Below are positions 19,501 to 29,644 of a DNA stretch of 64,000 nt, piece by piece; position 1 is the first letter of the stretch, and each line of letters opens with the position of its first letter. The stretch spans positions 45,375 through 109,374 of the forward strand of contig JAZQAZ010000018.1 in NCBI GenBank assembly GCA_045545475.1. Reading direction: 5' to 3'. Source of the DNA: Clostridia bacterium. GTDB taxonomy: Bacteria > Bacillota > Clostridia > CAKSNL01 > HGM11501. A program made the position numbers and the translations under genes. The notes beneath the pieces are model-generated. The model was given only the letters and a program-made list of their open reading frames with translations, was not told the DNA's origin and ran no database searches.

Positions 19501-20145
19501 AACTACGAAAAGGAAATTAATGTGTACACCGTTAGCGTAAAAGGCGGCAGCGAAATTGATAACGGAAATGAATTTACTGCCGAGTATAATGATGTATATA
19601 TCGTAAAGGCTGATGTTCCTGCAAAGGGATTGGTATTTGCAGGCTGGAAACTTAACGGAAAACTGGTATCCTATGACGAGTATTACTCTTTCGGTGTGTT
19701 CGGAGATATGGAACTTGAAGCTACATTTGCAAAATCTGTTGTAAAGAAGCCTCTTGTTGTAATGCTTGACGTATCAAGAAAGATTTATAATGAGAACAAT
19801 ATAGCATCATTTATGGCGGATGCCTATGCTCCGGAAGGAATAACCATAATTGAAGCAGGTATTCTTTATGCTAAAACAAATGTTGATGCGGGAACGCTTG
19901 TTATGTCAAATCTGGGAATGACGCTTGACGGAAAAGAAATTAAACGAACAATAGCGAAAGAAGATATGATGTTTAAGCTTACTGCAAGTTATGGCGAATT
20001 TGGTATCACCGCAAGAGGGTATCTTATTTATCTTGATGAAAACGGAGAGAAGAATACTATCTATACGGATACGACATATATTGTTGAAGAAGCAACAGAA
20101 GATGCAGGCGGAGAAATCGAAGAAGATGTAGACTTCGACTTGTAA
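16564..20145 (+). CDS. Secreted protein with three F5/8 type C (discoidin/CBM32-like) domains, a stalk domain, and InlB-B/Flg_new-type and helical repeats
   Basis: Repeated KAIDG..TYWHS...PR motifs; NGCTYVPL and NDIFYAPL; GYKFEGWY, GYTFNGW and FAGWK repeats. Confidence 0.78.
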   Translation: MKTVKNVLSLILLVAVLLSSLSLSVFAENGEIPAKSTWTIAASSYVGGCDPIKAIDGNVGTYWHSYYEVEGGVAVNPDLAPYYLYVTLPSVTEFSGINLTPRASSGAQINEISVYVSDTAADSNTDTSWALVADKVAFATPTVGDQTPLNIDFGMNVKAKRFMLAITKTSNNYGTIAEIDLAEKNDRYTVASSAELLEYHAIKSNTALSDKSKWGISVNSGEGSIRKAIDGIVDEDNYWHSFFKADGANITYHDIPPYDIYITFPEKTVISHLDVIPRQDIKNGCPLEMNFYAADSDDGEMYLLEEKLTYESGFAGRAIDLASNVAAKKILINITGGNGGYGCISEINITGNDAEKPFSALDTYINTAKYARKYEISKNYFEISCDHTGNWSGNVINNMIDGSESTIWQTDNLNKLGIKPTVTVDMLDDYTISEITYFPRQSDDHHGHWTKFTLQTSSDDSTYTDVGDYTFTAGYDLQVIKLDNPIKCRYIRFKSITGTGGYVGGGELYFYQTYDGLQEYNERYGGTFHLEYGSADVYCEKGAAPGDYTLVGPIETMNGCTYVPLLSFVNELIYKGSAEEDKTSDLRKITVSLNGGLKTFTLQENNYIVYSLDNKYGDVRYTLYNLPFVKNDIFYAPLHFLCELIGYEESFDGETLTLVKIDFNMYDTVEWIDPAKSFATYKVNYDLGLEGIGRIEGGREYDEVKVGNGVLLPSVETEIGYKFEGWYYPGRIKNLAGKGNDAYNPASDVTLYAVYSEIENLEDIKAEIISILKETDLSLYRTAERKEIEAIIASAEENINSSGTKEEINDYYLLAKEAIDAVETDEEMTKAEDETGLKLTVTSTSGGTVTLNDEPVSGTVSVAAGTEVTLKAFEDETGTFKAWIDGTTQKVLSEEEEYVFSMYSRRHIIALFTDSSMGDEVFASFLTRNNQYAKYTYVEKGTDTNTIAPDEDQMYVSGYTFNGWKPGLGVINKDTDYRGNYEKEINVYTVSVKGGSEIDNGNEFTAEYNDVYIVKADVPAKGLVFAGWKLNGKLVSYDEYYSFGVFGDMELEATFAKSVVKKPLVVMLDVSRKIYNENNIASFMADAYAPEGITIIEAGILYAKTNVDAGTLVMSNLGMTLDGKEIKRTIAKEDMMFKLTASYGEFGITARGYLIYLDENGEKNTIYTDTTYIVEEATEDAGGEIEEDVDFDL

Positions 20146-20150
20146 TAAAT

Positions 20151-20187
20151 AAAAAGCGTTCACTTATGAAAAGTGAACGCTTTTTTT
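20151..20187 (+). terminator. Intrinsic terminator
   Basis: AGCGTTCACTT/AAGTGAACGCT stem plus T-run. Confidence 0.85.
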
Positions 20188-20220
20188 ATCTCATTTTATC
20201 GAAATTTGTGAATAAAAACA

Positions 20221-20249
20221 TTGACCTTTTTGCATATTTATGCTATAAT
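20221..20249 (+). promoter_or_regulatory. SigA promoter of the vor operon
   Basis: TTGACC-N17-TATAAT with a TG extension. Confidence 0.75.
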
Positions 20250-20289
20250 TAATACTTAAATCATATGTTGAATGAAAGAGGCAGAGGTT

Positions 20290-20910
20290 ATGAAACGAAT
20301 CAACATATTTGTAGGGCATTACGGAAGCGGAAAAACAGAACTTGCCGTAAACTTTGCGATAAAAAATAAAGTGGATATAATTGCCGATCTTGATACCGTA
20401 AATCCTTATTTCAGAACCAACGATGCAAGGAAAATTTTAGAAGATGCAGGAATCCGTGTTGTGGCTCCGTATTATGCGGGGACGAATGTGGATTTGCCGT
20501 CATTGCCTCCGGAGGTTTATGCGGCGTTTACGGAAGAGAAAACAGCGGTTCTTGACATCGGTGGAGATGATGACGGTGCGGCGGTTCTCGGCAGATTCAA
20601 GAACTATATTACAGAAGATAACTCCGAGGTTTATTTCGTAATAAACGTTTTAAGGCCGGAAACCGATACTCCCGATAAGATAATCGAAATGATAAGAGCG
20701 ATTGAATATACCTCAAGGCTTAAGGTGACATGCCTTATAAACAATACAAACCTTATGGAAGAAACCATCTACGATCATGTTTTAATGGGCGAGGAGATAG
20801 TAAGAAGGGTTTCTGAAATGACGGATATTCCTTTTTTCGGTAATGCCGTTAAAAAGGAACTGGCAAAAGAAAAAGACTTTGCACTGGATAAATACATCCT
20901 TATGCTTTAA
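20290..20910 (+). CDS. MinD/ParA/CobQ-like P-loop NTPase associated with vor operons
   Basis: GHYGSGKTE Walker A, DLDTVNPYFR, LDIGGD; start placed at the RBS-supported ATG. Confidence 0.75.
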   Translation: MKRINIFVGHYGSGKTELAVNFAIKNKVDIIADLDTVNPYFRTNDARKILEDAGIRVVAPYYAGTNVDLPSLPPEVYAAFTEEKTAVLDIGGDDDGAAVLGRFKNYITEDNSEVYFVINVLRPETDTPDKIIEMIRAIEYTSRLKVTCLINNTNLMEETIYDHVLMGEEIVRRVSEMTDIPFFGNAVKKELAKEKDFALDKYILML

Positions 20911-20945
20911 GTTATAAATGTTGAAAAAAGAAAGGAATGATTCAT

Positions 20946-21152
20946 ATGTCAAAGGCTCATTTCAACGAAGAAATATGTAAAGGCTGCGGTCTTTGCACAA
21001 CAGTTTGTCCTAAAAAAATTGTTGAAATCAACAAGGACAAACTCAACAAAAAAGGATATAACCCTGCCGGAGTAACCGATATTGATAAGTGTATCGGATG
21101 TGCATTTTGTGCCATGATTTGTCCGGATTGTGCTATAGAAGTAAAGGAGTGA
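20946..21152 (+). CDS. 2[4Fe-4S] ferredoxin (oxidoreductase delta subunit)
   Basis: CKGCGLCTTVCP and CIGCAFCAMICP. Confidence 0.92.
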   Translation: MSKAHFNEEICKGCGLCTTVCPKKIVEINKDKLNKKGYNPAGVTDIDKCIGCAFCAMICPDCAIEVKE

Positions 21153-21157
21153 CAAAA

Positions 21158-22225
21158 ATGGAAGAGAAAGTTTTAATGAAAGGTAACGAAGCATTGGCTC
21201 GTGCAGCTATTGAAGCAGGATGCCGTCATTTCTTCGGATATCCCATAACTCCTCAGACTGAGGTTGCTGCCTACATGGCAAAGCAGATGCCTAAAATCGG
21301 CGGCGTTTTCCTTCAGGCAGAAAGTGAAGTTTCTGCAATAAATATGGTATACGGTGCAGCAGGTGCGGGTGCAAGAGTTATGACATCCTCATCAAGCCCC
21401 GGAATAAGCTTAAAGTCCGAGGGTATTTCCTATATCGCAGGAAGCGATCTTCCCTGCGTAATCTGTAACATCGTGAGAGGCGGCCCCGGTCTTGGCGGTA
21501 TTCAGCCTGCACAGAGCGACTATTTCCAGGCAACAAAGGGCGGCGGACACGGTGATTATCACTTAATCGTACTTGCTCCCGCTTCAGTTCAGGAAATGGT
21601 TGACCTCGTTAAGGAAGCTTTTGACCTTGCTGACTTTTACAGAATGCCCGTTATGATTATGGGTGACGGTATGCTCGGTCAGATGATGGAGCCTGTTGTT
21701 TTCGGAAATTACAAGAGCAAGAAAGAACTTGCCGAGAAGACCTGGGCAACAGTTGGTACAGATATGAAGAGAAGTCACAACATCGTAAACTCTCTTTACA
21801 TCACTCCCGAAGAGCTTGAAAAGCTGGTTCAGGAGCGTTATAAGAAATATGCCGTAATCGAAGAGGAAGAGGCAAGAGCAGAAGAATATATGTGCGATGA
21901 TGCAGATATTATCATTGCGGCATACGGCACAATTGCCCGTGTTGCAAAGTCTGCCATCCAAAGAGCAAGGGCAAAGGGGATAAAGGTTGGTTTAATCCGT
22001 CCCATCACACTCTGGCCTTTCCCCACAAAGACTTTTGCTAAGTATGCAGGCAAGGTAAAGTCCTTCCTTTCCGTTGAAATGAGCATGGGACAGATGATTG
22101 AGGACGTTCGCCTTTCCGTTGAAGGTAAAACTCCCGTTGAGTTTTACGGACGTACCGGCGGTATGATTCCCAGCCCCGAAGAAATTGTTGAAAAATTGGA
22201 AGCTATGACAGGAGGCGTAAAATAA
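21158..22225 (+). CDS. vorB: 2-oxoacid (3-methyl-2-oxobutanoate):ferredoxin oxidoreductase alpha-type subunit
   Basis: GNEA, GYPITPQ, QAESE, RGGPGLG motifs; start placed at the RBS-supported ATG 21158. Confidence 0.9.
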   Translation: MEEKVLMKGNEALARAAIEAGCRHFFGYPITPQTEVAAYMAKQMPKIGGVFLQAESEVSAINMVYGAAGAGARVMTSSSSPGISLKSEGISYIAGSDLPCVICNIVRGGPGLGGIQPAQSDYFQATKGGGHGDYHLIVLAPASVQEMVDLVKEAFDLADFYRMPVMIMGDGMLGQMMEPVVFGNYKSKKELAEKTWATVGTDMKRSHNIVNSLYITPEELEKLVQERYKKYAVIEEEEARAEEYMCDDADIIIAAYGTIARVAKSAIQRARAKGIKVGLIRPITLWPFPTKTFAKYAGKVKSFLSVEMSMGQMIEDVRLSVEGKTPVEFYGRTGGMIPSPEEIVEKLEAMTGGVK

Positions 22226-22968
22226 TGGCGACATTTAAAAGACCTCACGCACTTTGCGACGTAACACTCCATTATTGCCCCGGCTGCAATCACGGTATCG
22301 TTCACCGTCTTGTTGCAGAGGTAATTGACGAGCTTGGTATTGAAGGAAAGACAATAGGTGTTGCACCTGTTGGATGTGCAGTTTTTGCATATAACTATTT
22401 TAACTGCGATATGCAGGAGGCAGCTCACGGAAGAGCGCCCGCTGTTGCTACCGGTATTAAGAGAGTTCACCCCGATAACGTGGTATTTACCTATCAGGGC
22501 GACGGAGACTTGGCCGCAATCGGTACTGCGGAAACAGTTCATGCGGCAGCAAGAGGGGAGAATATCACCGTAATTTTCATAAACAACGCAATTTACGGTA
22601 TGACAGGCGGTCAGATGGCTCCCACAACACTTCCCGGTCAGGTAACACAAACATCTCCCTATGGAAGAAATACAGAAACTCAGGGCCATCCAATAAGAGT
22701 TTCTGAAATGCTTTCCACGCTTGACGGCGTTGCACTTGCCCAGAGATGTGCGGTTAACAATATAAAGAACATCACCGAGACAAAGAAGGCAATAAAGAAG
22801 GCTTTCCAGAATCAGATTGATAAGAAAGGCTTTTCTATCGTAGAAGTTTTATCCACCTGTCCTACAAACTGGGGACTTTCTCCTGTTGAGGCATTAAAGT
22901 GGCTTGAAGACAATATGATGCCTTATTATCCTCTTGGCGTATACAAAGATAAGGACGGTGACAAATAA
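22225..22968 (+). CDS. 2-oxoacid:ferredoxin oxidoreductase beta (TPP-binding) subunit
   Basis: [29 protein letters not shown]. Confidence 0.92.
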   Translation: MATFKRPHALCDVTLHYCPGCNHGIVHRLVAEVIDELGIEGKTIGVAPVGCAVFAYNYFNCDMQEAAHGRAPAVATGIKRVHPDNVVFTYQGDGDLAAIGTAETVHAAARGENITVIFINNAIYGMTGGQMAPTTLPGQVTQTSPYGRNTETQGHPIRVSEMLSTLDGVALAQRCAVNNIKNITETKKAIKKAFQNQIDKKGFSIVEVLSTCPTNWGLSPVEALKWLEDNMMPYYPLGVYKDKDGDK

Positions 22969-23498
22969 TGGCAACACATGAAATAATACTTGCCGGCTTC
23001 GGCGGTCAGGGTATCCTTTTTGCTGGTAAGCTTTTGGCATATTGCGGAATGGTAGCAGACAAGGAGCTTTCCTGGCTTCCTTCTTACGGTCCCGAAATGC
23101 GAGGCGGAACATGTAACTGTCACGTTATTCTGTCCGATGAGCCTGTAAGTTCTCCTCTTATCACAAAGCCCACCGTTTTATTTGCAATGAATCAGCCTTC
23201 ACTTGATAAGTTCATTGATTCTGTTGCAGAGGGCGGAGTTGTAGTTTACGACTCTTCTCTTATTTCCGAGGGTGTTAAGAGAACAGATGTTACTGTTGTT
23301 GACGTTCCTGCAACTAAGCTTGCAAACGAAATGGGTGCATCAAAGCTTGCAAATATGATTCTGACCGGTGCGATGATTAAGGCTACAGGCCTTGCTGATA
23401 TCGAAACAGTTGAAAAGGCTCTTTCTAAGGTTATCCCTGCAAAGAAGGCCGATATGCTGGAGCTTAACTTAAACTGCATCAAAAAAGGTATGGAATAA
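22968..23498 (+). CDS. 2-oxoacid:ferredoxin oxidoreductase gamma subunit
   Basis: AGFGGQG and SYGPEMRGG. Confidence 0.92.
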   Translation: MATHEIILAGFGGQGILFAGKLLAYCGMVADKELSWLPSYGPEMRGGTCNCHVILSDEPVSSPLITKPTVLFAMNQPSLDKFIDSVAEGGVVVYDSSLISEGVKRTDVTVVDVPATKLANEMGASKLANMILTGAMIKATGLADIETVEKALSKVIPAKKADMLELNLNCIKKGME

Positions 23499-23528
23499 AA
23501 AACAAGGGCATAGCCCTTGTTTTTTTTG
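23498..23528. terminator. Bidirectional terminator
   Basis: AAAAACAAGGGC/GCCCTTGTTTTT between convergent genes. Confidence 0.8.
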
Positions 23529-23581
23529 TCTTATCGTACTTGAAGAGAGTAAGAAACTGTGGTACAATACCATAAAAGAAG

Positions 23582-24922
23582 TTACAGTTTTTGTAATTTT
23601 GAAATTGCCGGAAAGAACACACTGAGGGCAACTGCTATGCACAAAATCCAGCCAATGGGCCATACGAGATATAGGAATGTAAGTGTAGGACAAACGGGGA
23701 ACACGAAGCGAACCCAGACAATTCTCAGTACACACATAAATATCAGTGTTGTAATTGTCGGAATTATCGGTTTTCCCATTCCTCGAAGAGAACCGCTTAA
23801 AACTTCGTTAATGCCGCAGATAAAATATGTACTTGAAACAATAATCATTTTTTGCTGAGAATACATAATCACAGCGGGTGTAGAGGACATAAGCGAAGAA
23901 AGCTGACCGGAGAAGATAGCGGACAGTGCACCAAGAGACGCACCGAAAGCAATTGTAATTACAATAGATTTTGCAACAGCTTCTTTTGCTCTTTTAATGT
24001 TTTTCGCACCGATGTTTTGTGCCACATACGGAATAATTGCAAGGGAAGGTGCGTGTACTATCTGATACAGTATGCCATCGAATTGATTTGCAATTGAAAG
24101 CCCTGTTGTTGCATCAGCTCCGAATCCGTTTACGGCAGTGGCGATTACGGTATTCGCCAAAGAATAAAGTGAACTCTGAAGTCCTGTCGGAATTCCGATA
24201 AAAAGCATCTGCTTAAGCTCGGAGCCATAAAATTTCATTTTTTTATAATTAAAATGAATCATATCCTTGCTTCTCAGCATAACGATAAAGCAAAGTCCGC
24301 CTGCGATGGCATTGGAAATAATTGTGGCGATTGCAACACCTTCGATGGTCATATTGAATGCAGTAACAAAGAATAAGTTTAATAAAACTTTTATGATGCC
24401 ACCAAGCATTAAAAAAAGCATAGGACGCTTTGTATCACCTATAGAACGGAGAATCGAGGCACAAAAATTATAAAACATTACAACGGGAACGCCAAAGAAA
24501 TATATTCTGAAATAAATTACTGCCTGATTTACCAGTTCTTCGGGGCAGTTGGTCCAATTAAGAAAGATTTTTGCACATAAGACGCCTATAACGGCAAGTA
24601 AAAGCCCACCTACAATTGAAAAAAGAACAGCACAGCCTACGGCTTTTTCAGCACGATCCTTATCGCCGCAGCCTATATGTTTTGCAATTACAACATTTGC
24701 ACCCGAGGCAATACCTATTAAAAGACTTGTACAAAGAGAAATGAGAGTACCACAGGCTCCCACTGCACCAACGGCAGTGTCATTTACAAGTTTCCCTAAA
24801 ACAAACATGTCAACAACATTAAACATTGTTTGCATAATGTTCATTATCATAATTGGTATGGTTATGGATAATAAACCTTTGAAAACAGAACCTGATAACA
24901 TATCAACATTATTGGTTTTCAT
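23582..24922 (-). CDS. MATE family efflux transporter
   Basis: About 12 TM segments; LRSIGDTKRP and LRGMG motifs. Confidence 0.9.
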   Translation of the reverse strand: MKTNNVDMLSGSVFKGLLSITIPIMIMNIMQTMFNVVDMFVLGKLVNDTAVGAVGACGTLISLCTSLLIGIASGANVVIAKHIGCGDKDRAEKAVGCAVLFSIVGGLLLAVIGVLCAKIFLNWTNCPEELVNQAVIYFRIYFFGVPVVMFYNFCASILRSIGDTKRPMLFLMLGGIIKVLLNLFFVTAFNMTIEGVAIATIISNAIAGGLCFIVMLRSKDMIHFNYKKMKFYGSELKQMLFIGIPTGLQSSLYSLANTVIATAVNGFGADATTGLSIANQFDGILYQIVHAPSLAIIPYVAQNIGAKNIKRAKEAVAKSIVITIAFGASLGALSAIFSGQLSSLMSSTPAVIMYSQQKMIIVSSTYFICGINEVLSGSLRGMGKPIIPTITTLIFMCVLRIVWVRFVFPVCPTLTFLYLVWPIGWILCIAVALSVFFPAISKLQKL

Positions 24923-25061
24923 TTTCTTCCTCCCGGTAATGAGTGTAATATTTAGGATAAATCATATTTATTATATCAGTTTATATTACAAACAACTATG
25001 CTTTTTCATAAAACAACTTGCACAAAAGATAGATTTTTGATATAATAATACCGGTGATGAT

Positions 25062-25781
25062 ATGAAATATTTAATTAATCTTATAAAAACAACAAGCCTT
25101 CCGCATAAACATAAAAATTTTGAAATTATTGTCTACACAAAGGGAAGGGGAATTTTCCGTACAAACGAAAAAGATATAGAAACAGCACCGGGTAAAATTA
25201 TAATCATTCCTCCGGGGACCATTCACAGCAGTACAAATATTGATGAATTTTATGAACGAATCTATATAAACGGAGAGTTTGATTATATTTTTAATCTGAC
25301 AACGCCGACGGTCATTGCCGACAATTCAAACAGCGAAGGATTAGAGCTTGCAAAGATGATTTACAACAATCGCTTTTCTGAAAGCGAGTACATTTCAACA
25401 TTGATCAGTGCCTTTACACACTTTCTTCTTGATCGTATAAATTTTGAAAATGAACTTCTTTCGGCAATAACAAATGTTACAGAGAAAATAACAAATAATT
25501 TTAGTGACAACAATATTGATCTTTCCGCTCTTCTGAAAAAAAGCGGGTACAGCGAGGATTATATTCGCGCACAATTTAAGAAAATAACAGGGAAAACCCC
25601 CACGGAATTTTTGACTCAAAGCAGAATTTCTCACGCATGTTATTTAATAAACGCATATGGGAATTCCATTTCTTTGATGACAGTTTCGGAAAAATGCGGA
25701 TATACCGATTACATATATTTTTCAAGAATGTTTAAACGCATAGTGGGAGTATCGCCACGAAAATATATGCAGGAATTATAG
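25062..25781 (+). CDS. AraC family regulator with cupin sensor domain
   Basis: HKHKNFE cupin; GYTDYIYFSRMFK..GVSP HTH. Confidence 0.9.
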   Translation: MKYLINLIKTTSLPHKHKNFEIIVYTKGRGIFRTNEKDIETAPGKIIIIPPGTIHSSTNIDEFYERIYINGEFDYIFNLTTPTVIADNSNSEGLELAKMIYNNRFSESEYISTLISAFTHFLLDRINFENELLSAITNVTEKITNNFSDNNIDLSALLKKSGYSEDYIRAQFKKITGKTPTEFLTQSRISHACYLINAYGNSISLMTVSEKCGYTDYIYFSRMFKRIVGVSPRKYMQEL

Positions 25782-25808
25782 TGCCTCATAAATGAAAGGA
25801 GAAAATTT

Positions 25809-27179
25809 ATGAATATTATATGTTCAATACCCAATAAAGAAATTTATTTTAATGACTCTTTGGTTAAAAGCGAAAAAATTTCATCAGAAACTGAAGGAAA
25901 TATTATAAACATATATGATGATGTTTTATATCAGGAGGTATTAGGCTTTGGCGGAGCGTTTACCGAGGCTTCTGCATACAACTATTCCCTTATGGATGAT
26001 GAGACAAAGAAAGCCTTTATCAACGCCTATTTTGATAAGAAAACAGGACTTTCATATAACTTTGGGAGATGCCATATAAACTCCTGCGATTTTTCTCTTG
26101 ATATGTATACATATGTAAAAGAGGGAGACGAAACCTTAGAAAGTTTTAACATCGAGCGGGATAAAAAATATATTATTCCTTTCCTTAAGGATGTACTTGA
26201 AGTAACGGGGGAAGAGCTTATTCTTTTCGCATCTCCATGGAGTCCTCCTGCCTATATGAAGGACAATAACAGCATGCTTGGCGGTGGTAAGCTTTTGCCT
26301 TCTTATAAAAAGCTCTGGACACTTTATTATGCCAAGTATATAAAAGCATATAAGGAGCAGGGAATAACGATAAGTGCAATTTCAATACAGAATGAGCCTA
26401 AAGCAAAACAGTCCTGGGAAAGCTGCTACTACACTGCAGAAGACGAAAGGGACTTAATAGAGAATTACATCATCCCCGTGTTTGATGAAGAGGGTTTAGC
26501 CGATATTAAAATAATAATATGGGATCACAATAAGGAAAGGGTTTATGACCGTGCAAGGGACATTTTAATCCGCGAAAAGGTCCAAAAAAGAGTGTGGGCG
26601 GTGGGACATCACTGGTATTCAGGTGATCACTATGAAGCGTTAAGTCTCGTTACAAGGGAGCTTGGAAAACCCAACATCTGCACGGAGTTCTGTGCTTCTA
26701 TGAGAATGACTTCTGATCTTTTGTCTCTTGCTGAACGCTATGCAAGGGAAATTTGTGAAAATATGAATAACTTCTGCTCAGGTATATGCGACTGGAACTT
26801 GATGCTTGACTCTAATGGCGGTCCTTATCATCATCGATTCAGACCGGGAACAGACGCCATAAATTACGACTACACGGAAATGGGTGCAGGTTGCTACGCT
26901 CCCGTTATGTTCAATGAAAAGAAAAAAACATTTGAATGTACGCCGGTATATTATTACATAGGTCATTTTTCAAAATATATCAATCGTGGGGCAAAAAGAA
27001 TTGCAACCACAAAATATACAAGTGACTTATTTGCCACGGCATTTATTAATCCCGACGGGGAAAGGATTGCTGTAATTATGAATCCCACAGATGAAGGGAA
27101 AGATGCGGTAATCAGACACAACGGAGAATGCAACAAAATAACACTTGAACCACATTCTATCATTACTGCATTGTTTTAA
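25809..27179 (+). CDS. Glycoside hydrolase family 30 (glucosylceramidase-like), no signal peptide
   Basis: GFGGAFTEA, SCDFS, ASPWSPP, IQNEP, CTE and DWNL motifs. Confidence 0.9.
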   Translation: MNIICSIPNKEIYFNDSLVKSEKISSETEGNIINIYDDVLYQEVLGFGGAFTEASAYNYSLMDDETKKAFINAYFDKKTGLSYNFGRCHINSCDFSLDMYTYVKEGDETLESFNIERDKKYIIPFLKDVLEVTGEELILFASPWSPPAYMKDNNSMLGGGKLLPSYKKLWTLYYAKYIKAYKEQGITISAISIQNEPKAKQSWESCYYTAEDERDLIENYIIPVFDEEGLADIKIIIWDHNKERVYDRARDILIREKVQKRVWAVGHHWYSGDHYEALSLVTRELGKPNICTEFCASMRMTSDLLSLAERYAREICENMNNFCSGICDWNLMLDSNGGPYHHRFRPGTDAINYDYTEMGAGCYAPVMFNEKKKTFECTPVYYYIGHFSKYINRGAKRIATTKYTSDLFATAFINPDGERIAVIMNPTDEGKDAVIRHNGECNKITLEPHSIITALF

Positions 27180-27203
27180 CAAATAGTGAAGGAGGGCATG
27201 GGA

Positions 27204-27707
27204 ATGAAAAAGATAATTATAATCGGCTGTCCCGGAAGCGGGAAAAGCACATTTGGAAGGAAGCTTTGCAAAATTATAAATATTCCTTTGTACCACCTTG
27301 ATATGATGTACTGGAACAATGACAAAACTACCGTAGAAAAGAATGTTTTCCTTGAAAGGCTGAAAGCTGTTATGGAAACGCCGGAGTGGATTATTGACGG
27401 AAATTACTTATCCACTATGGAAATGCGTATAGAGGAGTGTGACACGGTTTTCTTTCTTGACTACGAGACAGAGGTTTGCCTTTCGGGTATTGAAGAAAGA
27501 AAAGGCAAAAGCCGAAGTGATATGCCCTGGGTTGAAAATGGAGATTCTGACGAAGAATTTATACACTTTATAAAAAATTATAATGAAGAGACCAGACCAA
27601 AGGTTATTGAATTGCTCTTTAAGTACTTTACCAAAAATATTATCGTTTTGAAAACAAGAGAAGAAGCAGATAAATTCTTGGATTTTATTTCAGGGGTGTT
27701 TGAATGA
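27204..27707 (+). CDS. Adenylate-kinase-like / FlaR-type P-loop protein
   Basis: IIGCPGSGKST and WIIDGNY. Confidence 0.8.
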   Translation: MKKIIIIGCPGSGKSTFGRKLCKIINIPLYHLDMMYWNNDKTTVEKNVFLERLKAVMETPEWIIDGNYLSTMEMRIEECDTVFFLDYETEVCLSGIEERKGKSRSDMPWVENGDSDEEFIHFIKNYNEETRPKVIELLFKYFTKNIIVLKTREEADKFLDFISGVFE

Positions 27708-29572
27708 AAAAAATTATAAGTCTTATATTACTTACGGCATCGCTTTTTACTATAATAACATCCTTTGCAACGGAAGAGAAAAGGGCGGTATTTTACGGAG
27801 ACGAAGCGATAAATACAACTTTTGATATATTTTCCGAAAGCTTTGAGCTTACCCGTTTTAAGTTGCTTTATGAAAATGCAAAAACGAAGCAGGGAACCGG
27901 AGGAAGAAGCTATGTTTATACAGCACTTTCATTACTCCTTACCGGGCTTAATGATGAAAAAGCAAACACGCTTTTACAGGACAGGCAGATAACGGATATA
28001 AAGGAGTATAAGGATTTTGAAAAAGCTCCATTTTCAATGTATTGGTGTATGCCTGCCTATATAAGAATTTATATGCTTTACAATTCAAGGAACGGAATAA
28101 ACAGACGCAATGCACTTAAGCCTGAAACCGAGGAAAGCATGAAAAGGGTTATGTGGGCGTTTTTGGAAAATTATTATGAAAATGTGTTTACAGAAGACAA
28201 CAATCCTTTGAGAATCGTAAATAGCGAAAATCACGATGCTCTGCAAAAGGCATCGCTATATTTATCGGCACTTGCATTGAGCAAAACCGACGATTATGGG
28301 GGAAAAAATCTGTCTGACGGAAAAACTTTATCTGATTTTGCAACCCATGCAGAAGAATTTTTTATAAAATACATTGATGAAAGGGCAAAAATAGGGCTTT
28401 TTGTTGAAGGTTCGGAAAACTACAGGGCGGTAACGCTTGAATCACTTTACAATATTTATGATTTTACGGATAGTGAGACTCTCAAGAAAAAGGTTAAAAT
28501 GTTCCTTGATATAGTGTGGATTGAATATGCTGCAGAGAGCATAGATGGAATAAGGGGCAGTGCAAAGACGAGAGTTTATAACAAGGCAACTGATGCGGGA
28601 AGCGGTCTTTTATGGACATCTTCTCTCGGAAGTTTATATTTCGGTCTTAACAAGGACGAAAAGTGCGAAACAATAATAACCTTACCGGCATCATCTTACA
28701 GGCCGCCCGAGATTGCAAAAAAAATTGCAAGGGCAGAAAATAAAGGAAACTATGAGTTGGTAAAATCAATCCCGGGAAAAGGCACTACTGAGGTTTTAAA
28801 GCTTACAAACAAAGATTTTCCCATATATACTCTTGAACCTGCAGGAGATGTTATAAGCTATGAATATGTAACGCCCACCTATGCGGCAAGTACAATGTAT
28901 CAGGACGGAAGCACACCTCTTACTCTTATAAGCTCGCAAAACAGATGGGAAGGTGCTGTTTTCAAAGGAGATAAAAATGCAAGAATATACAGGTATCTGG
29001 ATACAGATAAGTCACTTCATACACATTTTTTGAGTATGCAAAAAGGGCCTGTTATGATATTCAAGAAAAATACCACTGCAGCATTGGACACGGGAATATA
29101 CATATATCCATATGATTTTTCAGAGGAAGACGGCGAAATAAAAACCGAGGGCGGATGGCTTTTCGGAGAAATTTACGATTCTTATTATGCCGTAAGAGCA
29201 GCATCCGGAAAACTTTTACAGAAGGAAGGTAAAATACTTTTATCCGACAGTGAAAGTCCTTTTGTAATACATCTGGGAAGCAAGATTGACGACGGAAGCC
29301 TTGATGAATTTAAGAAAAAGATAAAAAGCAATCCTTTAACATTTGACGGTAATTGTGTTTGTTATACCGATAAAACATGGGGAAGATTTGAATTTAATAT
29401 AAAAACGGCCGAAAGACGCCTTAATGGGGCAACTTACGAATATAAGGCTGAAAAAATTATGGAATGTCCCTTTATAAACTCTTATAAAAACAGCGGAATT
29501 TTCGAGATTAATTTTGGCGAAAATAAAGTGGTTTACGATTTTAATGAATTAACTGTAAAGGCAATATCGTAA
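27704..29572 (+). CDS. Secreted hypothetical protein, possibly polysaccharide-lyase-like (helical N-half, beta-rich C-half)
   Basis: Signal peptide; SENH motif; predicted secondary-structure pattern only. Confidence 0.5.
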   Translation: MKKIISLILLTASLFTIITSFATEEKRAVFYGDEAINTTFDIFSESFELTRFKLLYENAKTKQGTGGRSYVYTALSLLLTGLNDEKANTLLQDRQITDIKEYKDFEKAPFSMYWCMPAYIRIYMLYNSRNGINRRNALKPETEESMKRVMWAFLENYYENVFTEDNNPLRIVNSENHDALQKASLYLSALALSKTDDYGGKNLSDGKTLSDFATHAEEFFIKYIDERAKIGLFVEGSENYRAVTLESLYNIYDFTDSETLKKKVKMFLDIVWIEYAAESIDGIRGSAKTRVYNKATDAGSGLLWTSSLGSLYFGLNKDEKCETIITLPASSYRPPEIAKKIARAENKGNYELVKSIPGKGTTEVLKLTNKDFPIYTLEPAGDVISYEYVTPTYAASTMYQDGSTPLTLISSQNRWEGAVFKGDKNARIYRYLDTDKSLHTHFLSMQKGPVMIFKKNTTAALDTGIYIYPYDFSEEDGEIKTEGGWLFGEIYDSYYAVRAASGKLLQKEGKILLSDSESPFVIHLGSKIDDGSLDEFKKKIKSNPLTFDGNCVCYTDKTWGRFEFNIKTAERRLNGATYEYKAEKIMECPFINSYKNSGIFEINFGENKVVYDFNELTVKAIS

Positions 29573-29644
29573 ATATTGCTATCGGCGTTATTATGTGCTA
29601 TAATAAAAAAGTTGAAAACTACTCGGAGAAAGGAAGTAAGGCTT

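Noticed and set aside
12122-20155. TAATAAATAAAAA at both ends as att sites of a recombinase-plus-module-A island
   Set aside because: Low-complexity AT sequence that is part of RBS-flanking and terminator regions; not credible without comparative data.
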